DNA from: Anaerolineales bacterium | GTDB lineage: Bacteria; Chloroflexota; Anaerolineae; Anaerolineales; E44-bin32 | Reading direction: 5' to 3' | Length of the DNA: 34,828 bases | Assembly: GCA_046537745.1 (NCBI GenBank) | Contig: JBKHKF010000001.1 | Location: 1 to 34,828, forward strand | In this document: piece after piece, positions 1 to 9,537 of the stretch | Position numbering within the stretch: position 1 is the first letter of the stretch | Layout of the letters: each line of letters begins with the position of its first letter | Translations under genes and position numbers: made by a program | Notes under the pieces: generated by a model | Told to the model about the DNA's origin: nothing | The model's database searches: none | The model's input: only the letters and a program-made list of their open reading frames with translations

Positions 1-195
1 GCCGTGCTCCTGGTCGTGCTGGCAGCTGGTTGGGGGCCGGCCTTTCTCTTGCCGGTGTTGTTCATCTGGGCACCACTGGTGATGCTGTCACGGGTTGCCC
101 TAGGCCTCCACTTCCTTTCGGATATCGTGGCCGGCGCCTTGCTTGGGCTTCTTTTGGGAGGCGCAGCCATCGCCTTCATTCCGCCCCCCTTGTAG
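1..195 (+). CDS. PAP2-family phosphatase, C-terminal fragment (5' end lies outside the window)
   Basis: The ORF runs off the left edge. LSRVALGLHFLSDIVAGALLG fits the third PAP2 motif (SRxxxxxHxxxD) and has hydrophobic flanks. Stop TAG at 193-195. Confidence 0.6.
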   Translation, partial: AVLLVVLAAGWGPAFLLPVLFIWAPLVMLSRVALGLHFLSDIVAGALLGLLLGGAAIAFIPPPL

Positions 196-199
196 GAAC

Positions 200-224
200 A
201 AAAAAGCCGGCCTGCGCGGCCGGC
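200..224 (-). terminator. Rho-independent terminator downstream of the LCP gene (could also serve the convergent PAP2 gene)
   Basis: GC hairpin GCCGGCC-tgcgc-GGCCGGC at 206-224. On the minus strand it is followed by a T6 run (205-200), 28 nt after the LCP stop. Confidence 0.6.
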
Positions 225-251
225 CTAAATATCTCAAGTATCATTCAAAAA

Positions 252-1655
252 CTACTGACTCGGCACCGTCCAATCCGCACCCAGCACCACTTCAACATCC
301 ACGTCGTTGTCGGGTGTCGGCTGGCTGAGAATCTGGCTTTCGGATAGACCCATCAGCTCGCTCAGGTAGCGGGTGGTGTAGGGATTCCCCGTGTAGTCGA
401 TAATGATCGACTTGGCGTAATCGAGCCGGTTCGCGTTGGCGATCTCCACAACATTTAGGCCCTGCTCCTGCAGGTAGTCGGCGGTGGTCGTTGCTATGCC
501 TTCGATACCCGCACCGTTAAGCACGGCTACCCGCGCATTCTCGAGTTGGGCTGCCTGTGAAGGCGAATCGGCCTGAATGGCCGGAGTGATAGCACTCGCT
601 TCGGTGAAAATATCATCCCGGAGCAACCGGATCTTGTCAGGCAGCGGGCGCAGAACCTGGGCGCCCGTAGGAAGCGTCTCAAACTCCACCATATCTGGCG
701 GCCCGATGATCCCCTTGTCGATGTTCTCCTGCGGGATTTCCAGTGCCAGGATGCCGAGCCGGAGCATTTGATCGAAGGTCAGATTGGTCCGCAGACCGCT
801 CGAAGCTATATTGTAAAGCTCGGGCGCCCGGCGGATCAGCGAAGGTAGCATATCGACGCCGAGGATCCGATCGCGAATTGCCAAAGCTACCTGCTGCTGG
901 CGCTGGGATCGATCGAAATCGCCGCCTTCGCTCTTGCGAGCCCGAGCGTAGGCCAGCGCTTCGGCACCGTTCAGGTGATGCGCCTTGGCTGTAAGAACCA
1001 GGCTGGTCCGTCCGATGGGTGATATCTTGATGTCCTCCTGAACCAGCACATCAATGCCACCGATCTCATCGATTATGTCCTCAAAAGTATGGAAATAGAT
1101 TACGGCGTAGTAATCGATCGGGACACCCAGGACGTTTTCAACGGTATCCATGGCCAGGCCGGGGCCGCCGCCCGGCAAGTTATAGCTCTCACCCAGGAAA
1201 TAGGCCGTGTTGATGCGGTTGTGCTCAAAACCAGGGATTTCAACCCACAGATCGCGCGGGATGGAGAGCATGCCGGCGGTGCGGGCCACCGGATCGATGG
1301 TCACCAGCATCATTGAGTCCGTGCGCGGCGGTCCTTCATCCTGCTCCCAGTCGCGGTAATCCAATCCCATCAACAGGATGGTTACGCGCTGGCTGCCATC
1401 CCAGGGTCGAGCTTCCTCTTCAATAATCTGCGGGTCCGGCGTTTCGCCAGGCTGGAGTGTTTGTTCAGGGTCCTGGGAGACTTGTCCCCCTGCGAAGCTG
1501 GGAAGGCCGCCGCTGTTCCAGGATGCGGCCAGGCCCTTGATCGTCGAGAAAACCAGGTAGGCAGAGAGGATGGCAGCCACAACAAAGGCGCCACCGATGA
1601 TCCAAATGAGCCGATTCGTCAGGTTTCGGCTGCTGTCCTTACGATCTACACTCAA
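252..1655 (-). CDS. LCP (LytR-CpsA-Psr) family cell-envelope polymer transferase with a LytR_C-like C-terminal domain
   Basis: 467-aa ORF. N-terminal TM anchor LIWIIGGAFVVAAILSAYLVF. LCP core motifs LLMGLDYRD, RTDSMMLVTIDP, SIPRDLWVEIPG and NRINTAY. C-terminal VAVLNGAGIEGIA...DVEVVLGADW resembles LytR_C. TTG start with AAAGGAA 9 nt upstream. Confidence 0.85.
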   Translation of the reverse strand: MSVDRKDSSRNLTNRLIWIIGGAFVVAAILSAYLVFSTIKGLAASWNSGGLPSFAGGQVSQDPEQTLQPGETPDPQIIEEEARPWDGSQRVTILLMGLDYRDWEQDEGPPRTDSMMLVTIDPVARTAGMLSIPRDLWVEIPGFEHNRINTAYFLGESYNLPGGGPGLAMDTVENVLGVPIDYYAVIYFHTFEDIIDEIGGIDVLVQEDIKISPIGRTSLVLTAKAHHLNGAEALAYARARKSEGGDFDRSQRQQQVALAIRDRILGVDMLPSLIRRAPELYNIASSGLRTNLTFDQMLRLGILALEIPQENIDKGIIGPPDMVEFETLPTGAQVLRPLPDKIRLLRDDIFTEASAITPAIQADSPSQAAQLENARVAVLNGAGIEGIATTTADYLQEQGLNVVEIANANRLDYAKSIIIDYTGNPYTTRYLSELMGLSESQILSQPTPDNDVDVEVVLGADWTVPSQ

Positions 1656-1702
1656 ACGTATCTATTCCTTTTGATATTCTTCTCAAACGCGGCGAGATTA
1701 TA

Positions 1703-3604
1703 TCATGCCCTTTCCAGCTGTCTTGACAATTCTTCCCATTCCCGCAGGTGGTCTCGGAGTTCCCTCTCCATGGCCGCATATCGCTCGCCCAGGGCACGCA
1801 GTTCCTGGTGATCCTCCCCGCCATGCTCAATTTTGGCGGCCAGCGAAGCCATACTCCGTTCCAATTCACTCACCTTCTCTTCAATGTGCTCAAGTTGCTT
1901 TTCAATGCGCTTTCGGTTGCCTTTGCCCCGGCGCGGCTCAGGTTTTTTCTTCTCGACAATCTTGGCCTGCTGGGCTTGCTCCCATTGACGGCGCCAGGCA
2001 AGAAAATCCTGATACCCGCCCTCAATCCTGCGCAACTCTTCATGCTCCGGGTGCAAAAACCAAACCTGGCTGGCCAAGGCTTCTATTAAATAACGATCAT
2101 GGGAAGCGAGCAAGATGGTGCCCGGAAAGGCCGCCAGGGCGCTTTGCAGGATCTCCTGAGATGTAAGATCAAGATGGTTGGTCGGCTCGTCCAAGATCAG
2201 GAAGTTGGCACCACGCTGCGTCAACTGAGCCAATGCCAGCCGGCCGCGTTCCCCCCCGGATAGATCGCCGACCAGCTTCTCGACTCCCTGACCGCCAAAC
2301 AGGAACCGACCCAGAATATCCCGGGCTTCCGAAATCTTCATATCCGGGCTGGAGGCCAGCATGGATTCCAAAACCGTGTCTCCTGGTTTCAGCCCTTCGT
2401 GCGCCTGGGCGAAATAGCCTAACGAAACATTTACACCCCAGGTCACCTCACCATCGAGCGGCGCTACTTCTCCGATGAGAGTCTTAAGGAAAGTCGATTT
2501 GCCAGCGCCGTTCGGACCGATCAAAGCCGCGCATTCCGCCCGGTGCAGCCGCAGGTCTGGCGCCTGGAAGAGTGGCCGCTCATGACCCACGACAAGATCA
2601 TGAGTTTCCAACGCAACCTGGCCCGCTTGATCTTCGGCCTCAAATTCAATGGAAACCTGGCGCCTACCCGCCAATGGGTCCAGCGCTTCCTCCTCCAGGA
2701 ACCGCTCGAGCCGGGTCCGTCGGCTTTGGGCCTGCTTTGTGTTCTGGCCGGCGATGTTCCGCCGAATAAAGTCCTTCTCCTTCTCTATCCGCTCTTGCTG
2801 CTTCTGGAAAACCTTCTGATGCCGTGCTCGGCGCTCAACCCGCTGCTGCCGGTAGGCAGTGTAATTGCCTTGGTAGCTTTCAAGGCCGCGCTGGTTCAGT
2901 TCCCAAACCATATCCACTGTGCGATTGAGGAAATATCGATCGTGCGAAACGATAAGCGCGGCGCCGGACCACTCGTTGAGCCATCCCTCCAGCCAGGTGA
3001 CGGCCTCAATATCCAGGTGATTTGTCGGCTCGTCCAGAACCAGGAGATCCGGGTTTTCAAGCAGGAGGCGAGCCAAGTTGGCTCGGGTTTGTTCCCCGCC
3101 GGATAAGGTCCGAATACGTTGCTCAAATTGCTCCTCATCAAAACCCAGGCCCCGTAGCACCCGCTGAGCCTCGGCCCGATAAGTGTAGCCTCCGGCCAGC
3201 TCAAACTCCTCCTGCAATTGACCGTAGCGGGCCATAGCTTCTTCAGCCTGCCGTTGATCCGCCATGGAGTGCTCGAGCTCGTTCAGCCTCTGCTCCATTT
3301 GCTGGAGTTCCGCAAATGCTGTCAGACAGAATTGCTCAAGCGCCAGGTCGAGCATTTCCGACCAGCCCTGCTCCAGGCGGAGCTCCTGGGGCAAAAAGCC
3401 AATGGATAATCCTTTCGCCTGATGGCGTTTGCCTCTGTCAGGCGGTTCCAACCCAGCCAGCACACGAAGCAGGGTGCTCTTGCCCACACCGTTGGCGCCA
3501 ACCAGCGCGATGCGCGCGCCGTGCGGCACGCTGACCGATACGTCAGCGAATACATCTTGCGCTCCGTAGGCTTTCGCCAGCTGATTAGCTTGAATAAGTG
3601 ACAT
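1703..3604 (-). CDS. ABC-F family ATPase (soluble, two ABC cassettes, coiled-coil C-terminus)
   Basis: Walker A GANGVGKST and GPNGAGKST. Signatures LSGGEQ and LSGGER. Walker B LLVLDEPTNHLD and FLILDEPTNHLD. No TM segments and a basic, charged C-terminal tail. Start set at ATG 3604 (MSLIQANQLAKAYG) rather than the tracked TTG at 3814. Confidence 0.9.
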   Translation of the reverse strand: MSLIQANQLAKAYGAQDVFADVSVSVPHGARIALVGANGVGKSTLLRVLAGLEPPDRGKRHQAKGLSIGFLPQELRLEQGWSEMLDLALEQFCLTAFAELQQMEQRLNELEHSMADQRQAEEAMARYGQLQEEFELAGGYTYRAEAQRVLRGLGFDEEQFEQRIRTLSGGEQTRANLARLLLENPDLLVLDEPTNHLDIEAVTWLEGWLNEWSGAALIVSHDRYFLNRTVDMVWELNQRGLESYQGNYTAYRQQRVERRARHQKVFQKQQERIEKEKDFIRRNIAGQNTKQAQSRRTRLERFLEEEALDPLAGRRQVSIEFEAEDQAGQVALETHDLVVGHERPLFQAPDLRLHRAECAALIGPNGAGKSTFLKTLIGEVAPLDGEVTWGVNVSLGYFAQAHEGLKPGDTVLESMLASSPDMKISEARDILGRFLFGGQGVEKLVGDLSGGERGRLALAQLTQRGANFLILDEPTNHLDLTSQEILQSALAAFPGTILLASHDRYLIEALASQVWFLHPEHEELRRIEGGYQDFLAWRRQWEQAQQAKIVEKKKPEPRRGKGNRKRIEKQLEHIEEKVSELERSMASLAAKIEHGGEDHQELRALGERYAAMERELRDHLREWEELSRQLERA

Positions 3605-3714
3605 GGGATCCAGCGGATTATAACGCGCGTGACCATCGCCGGCCTGCACTCTTTCACTTTTGTGCAGCATCGGCTGGACTATAATGGCGGCAACATTTCG
3701 AACCACGGAGCGCA

Positions 3715-4110
3715 ATGCCAAATCAATCGCCATCAAATTATGGAAGCCTGATGATCTCAGCGCTGATCCTGGCTGGTATCGGCTGGCTCGGGTTGCTGTT
3801 GGTGATGACAGCAACCCTGCCCACAGTCGGACCGCGCTGGTTGTTTTTCTTCCTTTGGACTCTGGCGCTCACGGGCACCTCGCTTCCTTTCATCTGGTTG
3901 CTCAATCGCCGCTTCTCCTCACACAGGCTGCCCCAGACCATCCTGCTCAGAGAAGCCTTGCTGGTGGGACTTTACGGCGGGCTCTGCGCCTGGCTCCAAA
4001 TTAACCGGAGCCTGACCCTCCCACTGGCATTGCTGTTGGCCACCGGCCTGATCGCTATTGAGTGGCTGCTGCGCAGCTTCGATCAAACCGCCGGCAGGCT
4101 GAGTCGATGA
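3715..4110 (+). CDS. Small integral membrane protein, unknown function
   Basis: 131 aa with about four hydrophobic helices (ISALILAGIGWLGLLLV, WLFFFLWTLALTGTSLPFIWLL, LLVGLYGGLCAWL, LALLLATGLIAIEWLL). Its stop overlaps the selA start (ATGA at 4107-4110). No family recognised. ATG 3751 is an alternative start. Confidence 0.5.
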   Translation: MPNQSPSNYGSLMISALILAGIGWLGLLLVMTATLPTVGPRWLFFFLWTLALTGTSLPFIWLLNRRFSSHRLPQTILLREALLVGLYGGLCAWLQINRSLTLPLALLLATGLIAIEWLLRSFDQTAGRLSR

Positions 4111-5459
4111 GCTACCGCGACCTCCCCGCCACCGATCACCTGCTCCAACTGCCCGGGGGCCAATCGCTCATCGCCGAATACGGTCGAGAACGGACTCTTG
4201 CCTCGCTCCGGCGGGCATTGGATCAGGCCCGCCACCGCATCGGCCAGGGAGGTGAAGCACCAACCGCATCGGAAATCATCGCCTCCGCCGAAAACGATCT
4301 TTCCCGGCTGCTCGAGCCCAGCCTCAAGCCCGTCGTGAACGCCACCGGTGTCATCCTACACACCAATCTGGGTCGCGCCCCGCTCAGCCAACAGGCCCTG
4401 GATGCAATCAAGCAGGTGGCGACGCACTACAGCAACCTGGAATTCGACCTCGAATCCGGCCAGCGTGGCAAGCGGGAGCAGCACGCTGAGGAGATGCTGG
4501 TCGAGCTGACCGGAGCCGAAGCTGCGTTGATCGTGAATAACAACGCCGCCGCAGTTCTGTTGGCCTTGACCGCCCTCGCCCAGGGCCTCGAGACTCTGAT
4601 CTCCCGCACCCAGCTGATTGAAATTGGCGGCGGCTTCCGCATCCCCGAGGTGCTGGCTCAATCGGGCACAACCTTGGTTGAGGTTGGCACCACCAACCGC
4701 ACCCACCTACGGGATTTCGAGGCCGCCCTCAGCGCCGATACTGGTGCCATCCTGCGGGCCCACCACTCCAATTTCCAGCTGGTTGGCTTCACCAGCGAAC
4801 CTGAGCTGAGCGAACTTATCTCAATTTCCCAGAAGGCGAAGGTGCCGTTAATTGATGATTTAGGGTCAGGTGTGCTGCTCGACACAGCCGCCTATGGCCT
4901 GGCACATGAACCTATGGTGCAAGAATCCCTCCAGGCGGGCGCATCTTTGGTCACGTTTTCAGGTGACAAGCTGCTGGGAGGACCCCAGGCCGGGCTGATC
5001 GTCGGACGAGCGGAACTTGTGGGCCGGCTGCGGCAGCACCCGCTGGCACGCGCGGTCCGTCCGGACAAGCTCTGCCTGGCGGCCCTGAGCGCCACCTTGG
5101 ATTCCTATCTCAGGGGACAAGCCGAAGACGATATTCCCATTTGGCGGATGATTTCGGCCAGCCCCGAGAAGGTACGCATCAGGGCTGAGCGATGGGTTCA
5201 GGAAAGCGGTTGGGGTGAGATTCAGCCGGGCGAATCCACTGTGGGCGGCGGCAGCCTGCCCGGCGAGAGCCTGCCAACATTCCTGTGGAGCTCCCCCGCT
5301 GAGCACCCGGACCGGCTTGCCGCCAGCCTTCGCCAGATGGAACTGCCGGTCATCGGCCGCGTAAACCAAGGCCAGCTTCTGCTCGACCCCCGAACGGTGC
5401 TTCCCGAGCAGGATGACTATGTGATCACCTCGATCCAAACGCTGAAGGAGATCTTATGA
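4107..5459 (+). CDS. selA: L-seryl-tRNA(Sec) selenium transferase
   Basis: Collinear with E. coli SelA as I recall it: VVNATGVILHTNLGRAPLS, NLEFDLESGQRGKR, IVNNNAAAVLL, LIEIGGGFRIPEV, EVGTTNRTH and FSGDKLLGGPQAGLIVGR (PLP-lysine motif). Start at MSYRDLPATDHLL (ATG 4107). Confidence 0.9.
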   Translation: MSYRDLPATDHLLQLPGGQSLIAEYGRERTLASLRRALDQARHRIGQGGEAPTASEIIASAENDLSRLLEPSLKPVVNATGVILHTNLGRAPLSQQALDAIKQVATHYSNLEFDLESGQRGKREQHAEEMLVELTGAEAALIVNNNAAAVLLALTALAQGLETLISRTQLIEIGGGFRIPEVLAQSGTTLVEVGTTNRTHLRDFEAALSADTGAILRAHHSNFQLVGFTSEPELSELISISQKAKVPLIDDLGSGVLLDTAAYGLAHEPMVQESLQAGASLVTFSGDKLLGGPQAGLIVGRAELVGRLRQHPLARAVRPDKLCLAALSATLDSYLRGQAEDDIPIWRMISASPEKVRIRAERWVQESGWGEIQPGESTVGGGSLPGESLPTFLWSSPAEHPDRLAASLRQMELPVIGRVNQGQLLLDPRTVLPEQDDYVITSIQTLKEIL

Positions 5460-6697
5460 AATCAGATTTAGACCGGTTGATGAAGGAGCGAGAACTTGAC
5501 GGTCTGTGGATCACCGGTTCTCCTGGCGATAACCCCTCCATGGATTACTTCATCGGCGATGCACATATCACCAGGGCCGACGTCATAAAAAAGCGTGGCC
5601 AGCCTGCAGTTCTTTACCATGGTCCTATGGAACGCGAGGAGGCCGAATCCACCGGGCTGAAAACGGAATTGGAAACCCCCAGCCGGTTAATGGCGGACCT
5701 GGAAGAAGCCCAGGGGGACGAGTTCTCTGCCGCCGCGATGCGCATTCAAAGAAATCTGGAAGCACAGGGGATCAGCGGCCGGGTCGCCGTCTACGGTCGC
5801 TGGGAAGCTGGCCGGACGCTGGCGGTGATCCGTCATCTTGAGGAACGCATGCCCAGCTGCCAGTTTGTGAACGACAGCGGCCCGGAGGGCGCGCTCCGCC
5901 AGGCCCGCCTGACCAAGGACGAAGGGGAAATCGAGAAGATCCGTCACATGGGCCGTGTCACCGTCGATGTAGTTGCCGGGATCGCTGAGTATCTACAAAC
6001 CCGACCGGTGGTAAATGAAGTGCTTCAGAATGAATCAGGCGATCCATTGACGGTGGGTCAAGTTAAAAACCGCCTCCATCTGATGTTGGCCGAACGCGGC
6101 GCCGAATCGCCCAGCGGCCCGATATTCGCCCCGGGCCGGGAAGGCGCGCTTGGACACGGCACCGGCCTACCCGACCAACAGATCCGACTTGGCGAACCGA
6201 TCGTTTTCGATCTTTACCCACGCGCCCGCGGCGGCGGCTACTATTATGATTTCACCCGGACCTGGTGCCTCGGCTATGCTCCAACCGAGGTAGGAGAGCT
6301 CTACGATCAAGTTCACCAGGTCTACCATCAGGTTTTCGATATGCTCGTGGCTGGCGCCTCTCCCCGGCAACTGCAGATTGAGGTCTGCCAACGTTTTGAA
6401 AACTTGGGTCACCCGACGCCGCTCAGCGACCCAAACACGCAGGTCGGCTATTTCCACGGGCTGGCCCACGGCCTTGGACTGGCAATCCACGAAGCGCCCA
6501 TCTTCCGCCATTATGACAATCCGGCCGAAATGCCGCTGCAGCCCGGCATGGTTGTCACTTATGAGCCCGGCTTGTATTATCCTGAGCGAAGCATGGGAGT
6601 CCGTCTGGAGGACGCGGTCCTCATTGAGCCAGAGGGGGCACCAACCGTGCTGGCGGAGTATCCGCACGATCTTGTATTGCCGATGAAGTCAGCTTAA
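5456..6697 (+). CDS. M24-family Xaa-Pro aminopeptidase/dipeptidase
   Basis: Pita-bread fold motifs YYYDFTRTW, HGLAHGLGLAIHEAP, YEPGLYYP and GVRLEDAVLI. ATGA overlap with the selA stop. Confidence 0.85.
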   Translation: MKSDLDRLMKERELDGLWITGSPGDNPSMDYFIGDAHITRADVIKKRGQPAVLYHGPMEREEAESTGLKTELETPSRLMADLEEAQGDEFSAAAMRIQRNLEAQGISGRVAVYGRWEAGRTLAVIRHLEERMPSCQFVNDSGPEGALRQARLTKDEGEIEKIRHMGRVTVDVVAGIAEYLQTRPVVNEVLQNESGDPLTVGQVKNRLHLMLAERGAESPSGPIFAPGREGALGHGTGLPDQQIRLGEPIVFDLYPRARGGGYYYDFTRTWCLGYAPTEVGELYDQVHQVYHQVFDMLVAGASPRQLQIEVCQRFENLGHPTPLSDPNTQVGYFHGLAHGLGLAIHEAPIFRHYDNPAEMPLQPGMVVTYEPGLYYPERSMGVRLEDAVLIEPEGAPTVLAEYPHDLVLPMKSA

Positions 6698-6732
6698 GCC
6701 CAATTCACTGAACTGAACGAGAAAGGCTTGGC

Positions 6733-7773
6733 GTGGAAAACACCCGCATCCTGGGCATTGAAACCTCCTGTGATGAGACGGCTGCTGCCGTTGTGGAAGA
6801 CGGCCGTCGTATCGTCAGCCAGCTGGTTGCCTCCCAGGCTGACCTACACGCGCAGTACGGCGGGGTCTTCCCTGAGGTCGCCTCCCGGGCCCACATCGAG
6901 ACGATCTTTCCTATCGTGAAAGACTGTCTGGATCAGGCTCATGTCGGACTGGAGGCCATTGACGCCATCGCGGTGACCCGCGGCCCCGGCCTGGCGGGCT
7001 CGCTTGTGGTAGGCCTGAATATGGCCAAAGGCCTGGCACTGGCTCACGGGCTGCCGCTGTTGGGCATCAACCACCTCGAAGCCCACCTGTATTCCATCTG
7101 GCTTGTGGAGGATGAGGAAGAGCCCGAGTTTCCAATGCTGGGCCTGATCGTTTCCGGCGGACATACCGAGTTAGTGCTGATGACGGATCATCTGTCCTAC
7201 CAGCGGCTCGGCGGCACCCTGGATGACGCCGCCGGCGAGGCCTTCGATAAGGTGGCCCGGCTGCTCGGTCTTGGCTATCCGGGAGGGCCCGCTGTTCAAG
7301 AAGCTGCCCGGGAAGGGGATCCGAAAGCTTTTGAATTCCCACGCGCCTGGCTTGAAGGCACCTGGGATTTCTCCTTCAGCGGGGTGAAGACGGCTGTGCT
7401 GCGACAGGTGCGGGAGGAGCAGCCAGATTTAAAGGCGGGCGTGGACGCGCCGGCCGAGGGGCTCCCCATCGCCGACCTGGCGGCATCCTTCCAGGCGGCC
7501 GTGGTTGAAGTTCTGGTGGAAAAAACGCTGGCAGCAGCGCAGGAATTCGAAGCGAAAACAATCCTGGTCGCCGGCGGTGTATCCGCCAATCGGAGCTTGC
7601 GGGAAACCTTCGCGGAGGAAGCCGATCTACCGGTGCGGGTCCCGCCCATTGCACTCTGCACCGACAACGCCGCCATGATCGCGGCCGTCGGTCATCGGCG
7701 CTTGCTGACGGGCCAGCGGGACGCACTGGACATCGACGCGCTGCCCACCTGGCCGCTATCCGATCTAAATTAG
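6733..7773 (+). CDS. tsaD: tRNA N6-adenosine threonylcarbamoyltransferase
   Basis: ILGIETSCDETAAAVV, GVFPEVASRAH, GPGLAGSLVVG, INHLEAHL, VSGGHTEL and AGGVSAN. GTG start. Confidence 0.92.
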   Translation: MENTRILGIETSCDETAAAVVEDGRRIVSQLVASQADLHAQYGGVFPEVASRAHIETIFPIVKDCLDQAHVGLEAIDAIAVTRGPGLAGSLVVGLNMAKGLALAHGLPLLGINHLEAHLYSIWLVEDEEEPEFPMLGLIVSGGHTELVLMTDHLSYQRLGGTLDDAAGEAFDKVARLLGLGYPGGPAVQEAAREGDPKAFEFPRAWLEGTWDFSFSGVKTAVLRQVREEQPDLKAGVDAPAEGLPIADLAASFQAAVVEVLVEKTLAAAQEFEAKTILVAGGVSANRSLRETFAEEADLPVRVPPIALCTDNAAMIAAVGHRRLLTGQRDALDIDALPTWPLSDLN

Positions 7774-7942
7774 ATCAAACTATTCCCCCACATTTTTGGC
7801 ACAAACGCACCGGGGCTGATTCAAGCGAATCCGCTGCGCCCCGCCCACCCGCACCTGCACCCGAGATCTTGCTCCCCAGTCATCATGCTGTGCCTGGCGG
7901 AACGGACCAATGTCCGCTCCCCACACTTGCACCTCCTAATCG

Positions 7943-7980
7943 AAGGACCCGCCGGTACCGGCGGGTCCTTTCGTCCATTT
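7943..7980 (+). terminator. Strong GC hairpin, probable terminator between tsaD and the convergent small ORF
   Basis: Perfect 13-nt arms AAGGACCCGCCGG/CCGGCGGGTCCTT (7943-7970), followed on the plus strand by TTCGTCCATTT. The minus-strand side has no T-tract. Confidence 0.5.
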
Positions 7981-8044
7981 GCCACTGCACCATCCGCTCA
8001 GAGAAACTTCAGCAGCGAGGGAATCCTCTGGAAGGGGAGTTTGA

Positions 8045-8323
8045 TCAGCAGTTCTGCTCAGCTTGCTTGATAACCGGCCGCACAGGTTGCGGAGAAGCCG
8101 ATCGCAGGGATCCGGCCACGCCAACAGAGCTGGACTGCAATCGCAGCCCGACCTCCACCAGCCAGCCACCGAGCCTTAGCGACACCCATCGAGTCGCCTG
8201 CGCCAGGTAGGCTTCATTGACTTGAATTTGGCGTCGGTGCTGCTGCGCGGCAGCCGCCTCCATTAATTCCTTCCGCCGAGCTTCTGCCACTTGATAATCT
8301 TTCCAGGTTAACATCACTACCAT
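8045..8323 (-). CDS. Small hypothetical protein downstream of the ArsR-type regulator
   Basis: ATG 8323 is preceded by GGAAGG 8 nt upstream. N-terminus MVVMLTWKDYQVAEARRKELMEAAAAQQHRRQ is charged and helical, followed by a short hydrophobic stretch. No family recognised, and coding status is uncertain. Confidence 0.3.
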   Translation of the reverse strand: MVVMLTWKDYQVAEARRKELMEAAAAQQHRRQIQVNEAYLAQATRWVSLRLGGWLVEVGLRLQSSSVGVAGSLRSASPQPVRPVIKQAEQNC

Positions 8324-8391
8324 CCTTTCCACCTTCCTCTGAAGGTGTTCGTCCAACCGGACCTCCGAGCAATACACCACTTCCGGTCCGC

Positions 8392-9483
8392 TCAACATTC
8401 AACGTTTAGATACTCGGCCAGGGCTTTCACCGTTTCCTTCGACTGCTCGGGATTCAAGCGATAGCATTTCGCCGAGTCACGCCTGCGCTCGAGCAAATAG
8501 CCGGTGGCCGTCAACTGACGCAGGTGGCGGGAGGCCGAGGATTGGCTCAATTCAATCGCCTCGATGATGTCCTGGGCGCACAACTCTTCCTTTGTCCGCA
8601 GCAAATCCAGGATATAAAGCCGGTTTTCATCGGCCAACGCATTCAGGCGAACCAGCAGCTGGGATCGGCTGAGAGCTTGAGACCGCAGGCTGGCCCCCTC
8701 CGGGATTCGAGCGCCGAAAGTCACCCAGAGCGTTTCATCCGTCAACAAGCTGACCGTGTACGGGCCAACGTGCGTCGAAGGCACGAAGACCACCCGCTCC
8801 GCTTCGGCCAGCAGCTCCATCTCATGCTCCTTCAATTCTTGGCCCGTCACCCAGCGGGCGATCTCAACGTTCGATCCCTCGGGCCAATCAATCTGGCCGA
8901 AGGCCCGTACACAATCCTGGAGCAGGGGCAGCGCTCGCTGCCAACCGGGCTCCAGATGACGCTCCCACATGAAGCGTAGATGCTCCATCACCTCCCGCTG
9001 CATCCGCGGAGGGTCGTTAATCCAGCGGTGGGCTTGTCGCTCGACTTCCTCATCGATATACATCGGAGCAAAACGCTCCTTGAGGTAGTCCAAATAACGG
9101 TCAAAATCGGCCAACAGCTCGTCAATCGCCACCGGATCCAGATCCTTATCCTCCGGTGCCATGCGTTCGTAATACTCGAGCAACGTTGTCACCCATGTGG
9201 TCGGATCCTGCTGCTCCAGATCCTCAAGGTAGGATGGGACGTCCGGGAAAGACTTCTTTGGCACCAAAGCGTAATAAACGCCGTTGATCACCTCATGGTT
9301 CTTCTGCCAGCGCTCGGCGCCCATAGCCTCAACCGTCCGCTCGATCCAGGGATCGAGCCCCGGCAGCTTTTCCACCCGATCCAGCATAAATAGGTCACTG
9401 AAGATCGCCTGGGCGGGCTCCAAGCTGACTCCTAGGGCTCTTATTTCAATGGGTTGAACCACCTGGTTGCTGGCGATAGGCAT
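8392..9483 (-). CDS. ArsR/SmtB-type winged-HTH transcription regulator with a large (~260 aa) N-terminal domain of unknown function
   Basis: C-terminal LYILDLLRTKEELCAQDIIEAIELSQSSASRHLRQLTATGYLLERRRDSAKCYRLN is a typical ArsR HTH. The N-terminal two thirds carry no motif I recognise. Confidence 0.8.
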   Translation of the reverse strand: MPIASNQVVQPIEIRALGVSLEPAQAIFSDLFMLDRVEKLPGLDPWIERTVEAMGAERWQKNHEVINGVYYALVPKKSFPDVPSYLEDLEQQDPTTWVTTLLEYYERMAPEDKDLDPVAIDELLADFDRYLDYLKERFAPMYIDEEVERQAHRWINDPPRMQREVMEHLRFMWERHLEPGWQRALPLLQDCVRAFGQIDWPEGSNVEIARWVTGQELKEHEMELLAEAERVVFVPSTHVGPYTVSLLTDETLWVTFGARIPEGASLRSQALSRSQLLVRLNALADENRLYILDLLRTKEELCAQDIIEAIELSQSSASRHLRQLTATGYLLERRRDSAKCYRLNPEQSKETVKALAEYLNVEC

Positions 9484-9537
9484 GGCGGCGACAATCCTCT
9501 CAGTTTATGCTATTACCCAATTTTCCGGGTTATGTGC

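Noticed and set aside
3605-3814. 70-codon N-terminal extension of the ABC-F ORF from a TTG start
   Set aside because: The extension has no ABC-F-like sequence and would run through the divergent promoter region into the neighbouring membrane-protein gene. The conserved ABC-F N-terminus begins at MSLIQANQL (ATG 3604).
7774-8044. Possible tRNA-Sec (selC) or other tRNA near selA and tsaD
   Set aside because: I looked for a TCA anticodon loop with flanking stems and a GTTCRANYC T-loop on both strands. CTTCAGC at about 8007 has no pairing stems, and GATTCAAGCGAATC is a simple hairpin, so no cloverleaf could be built.
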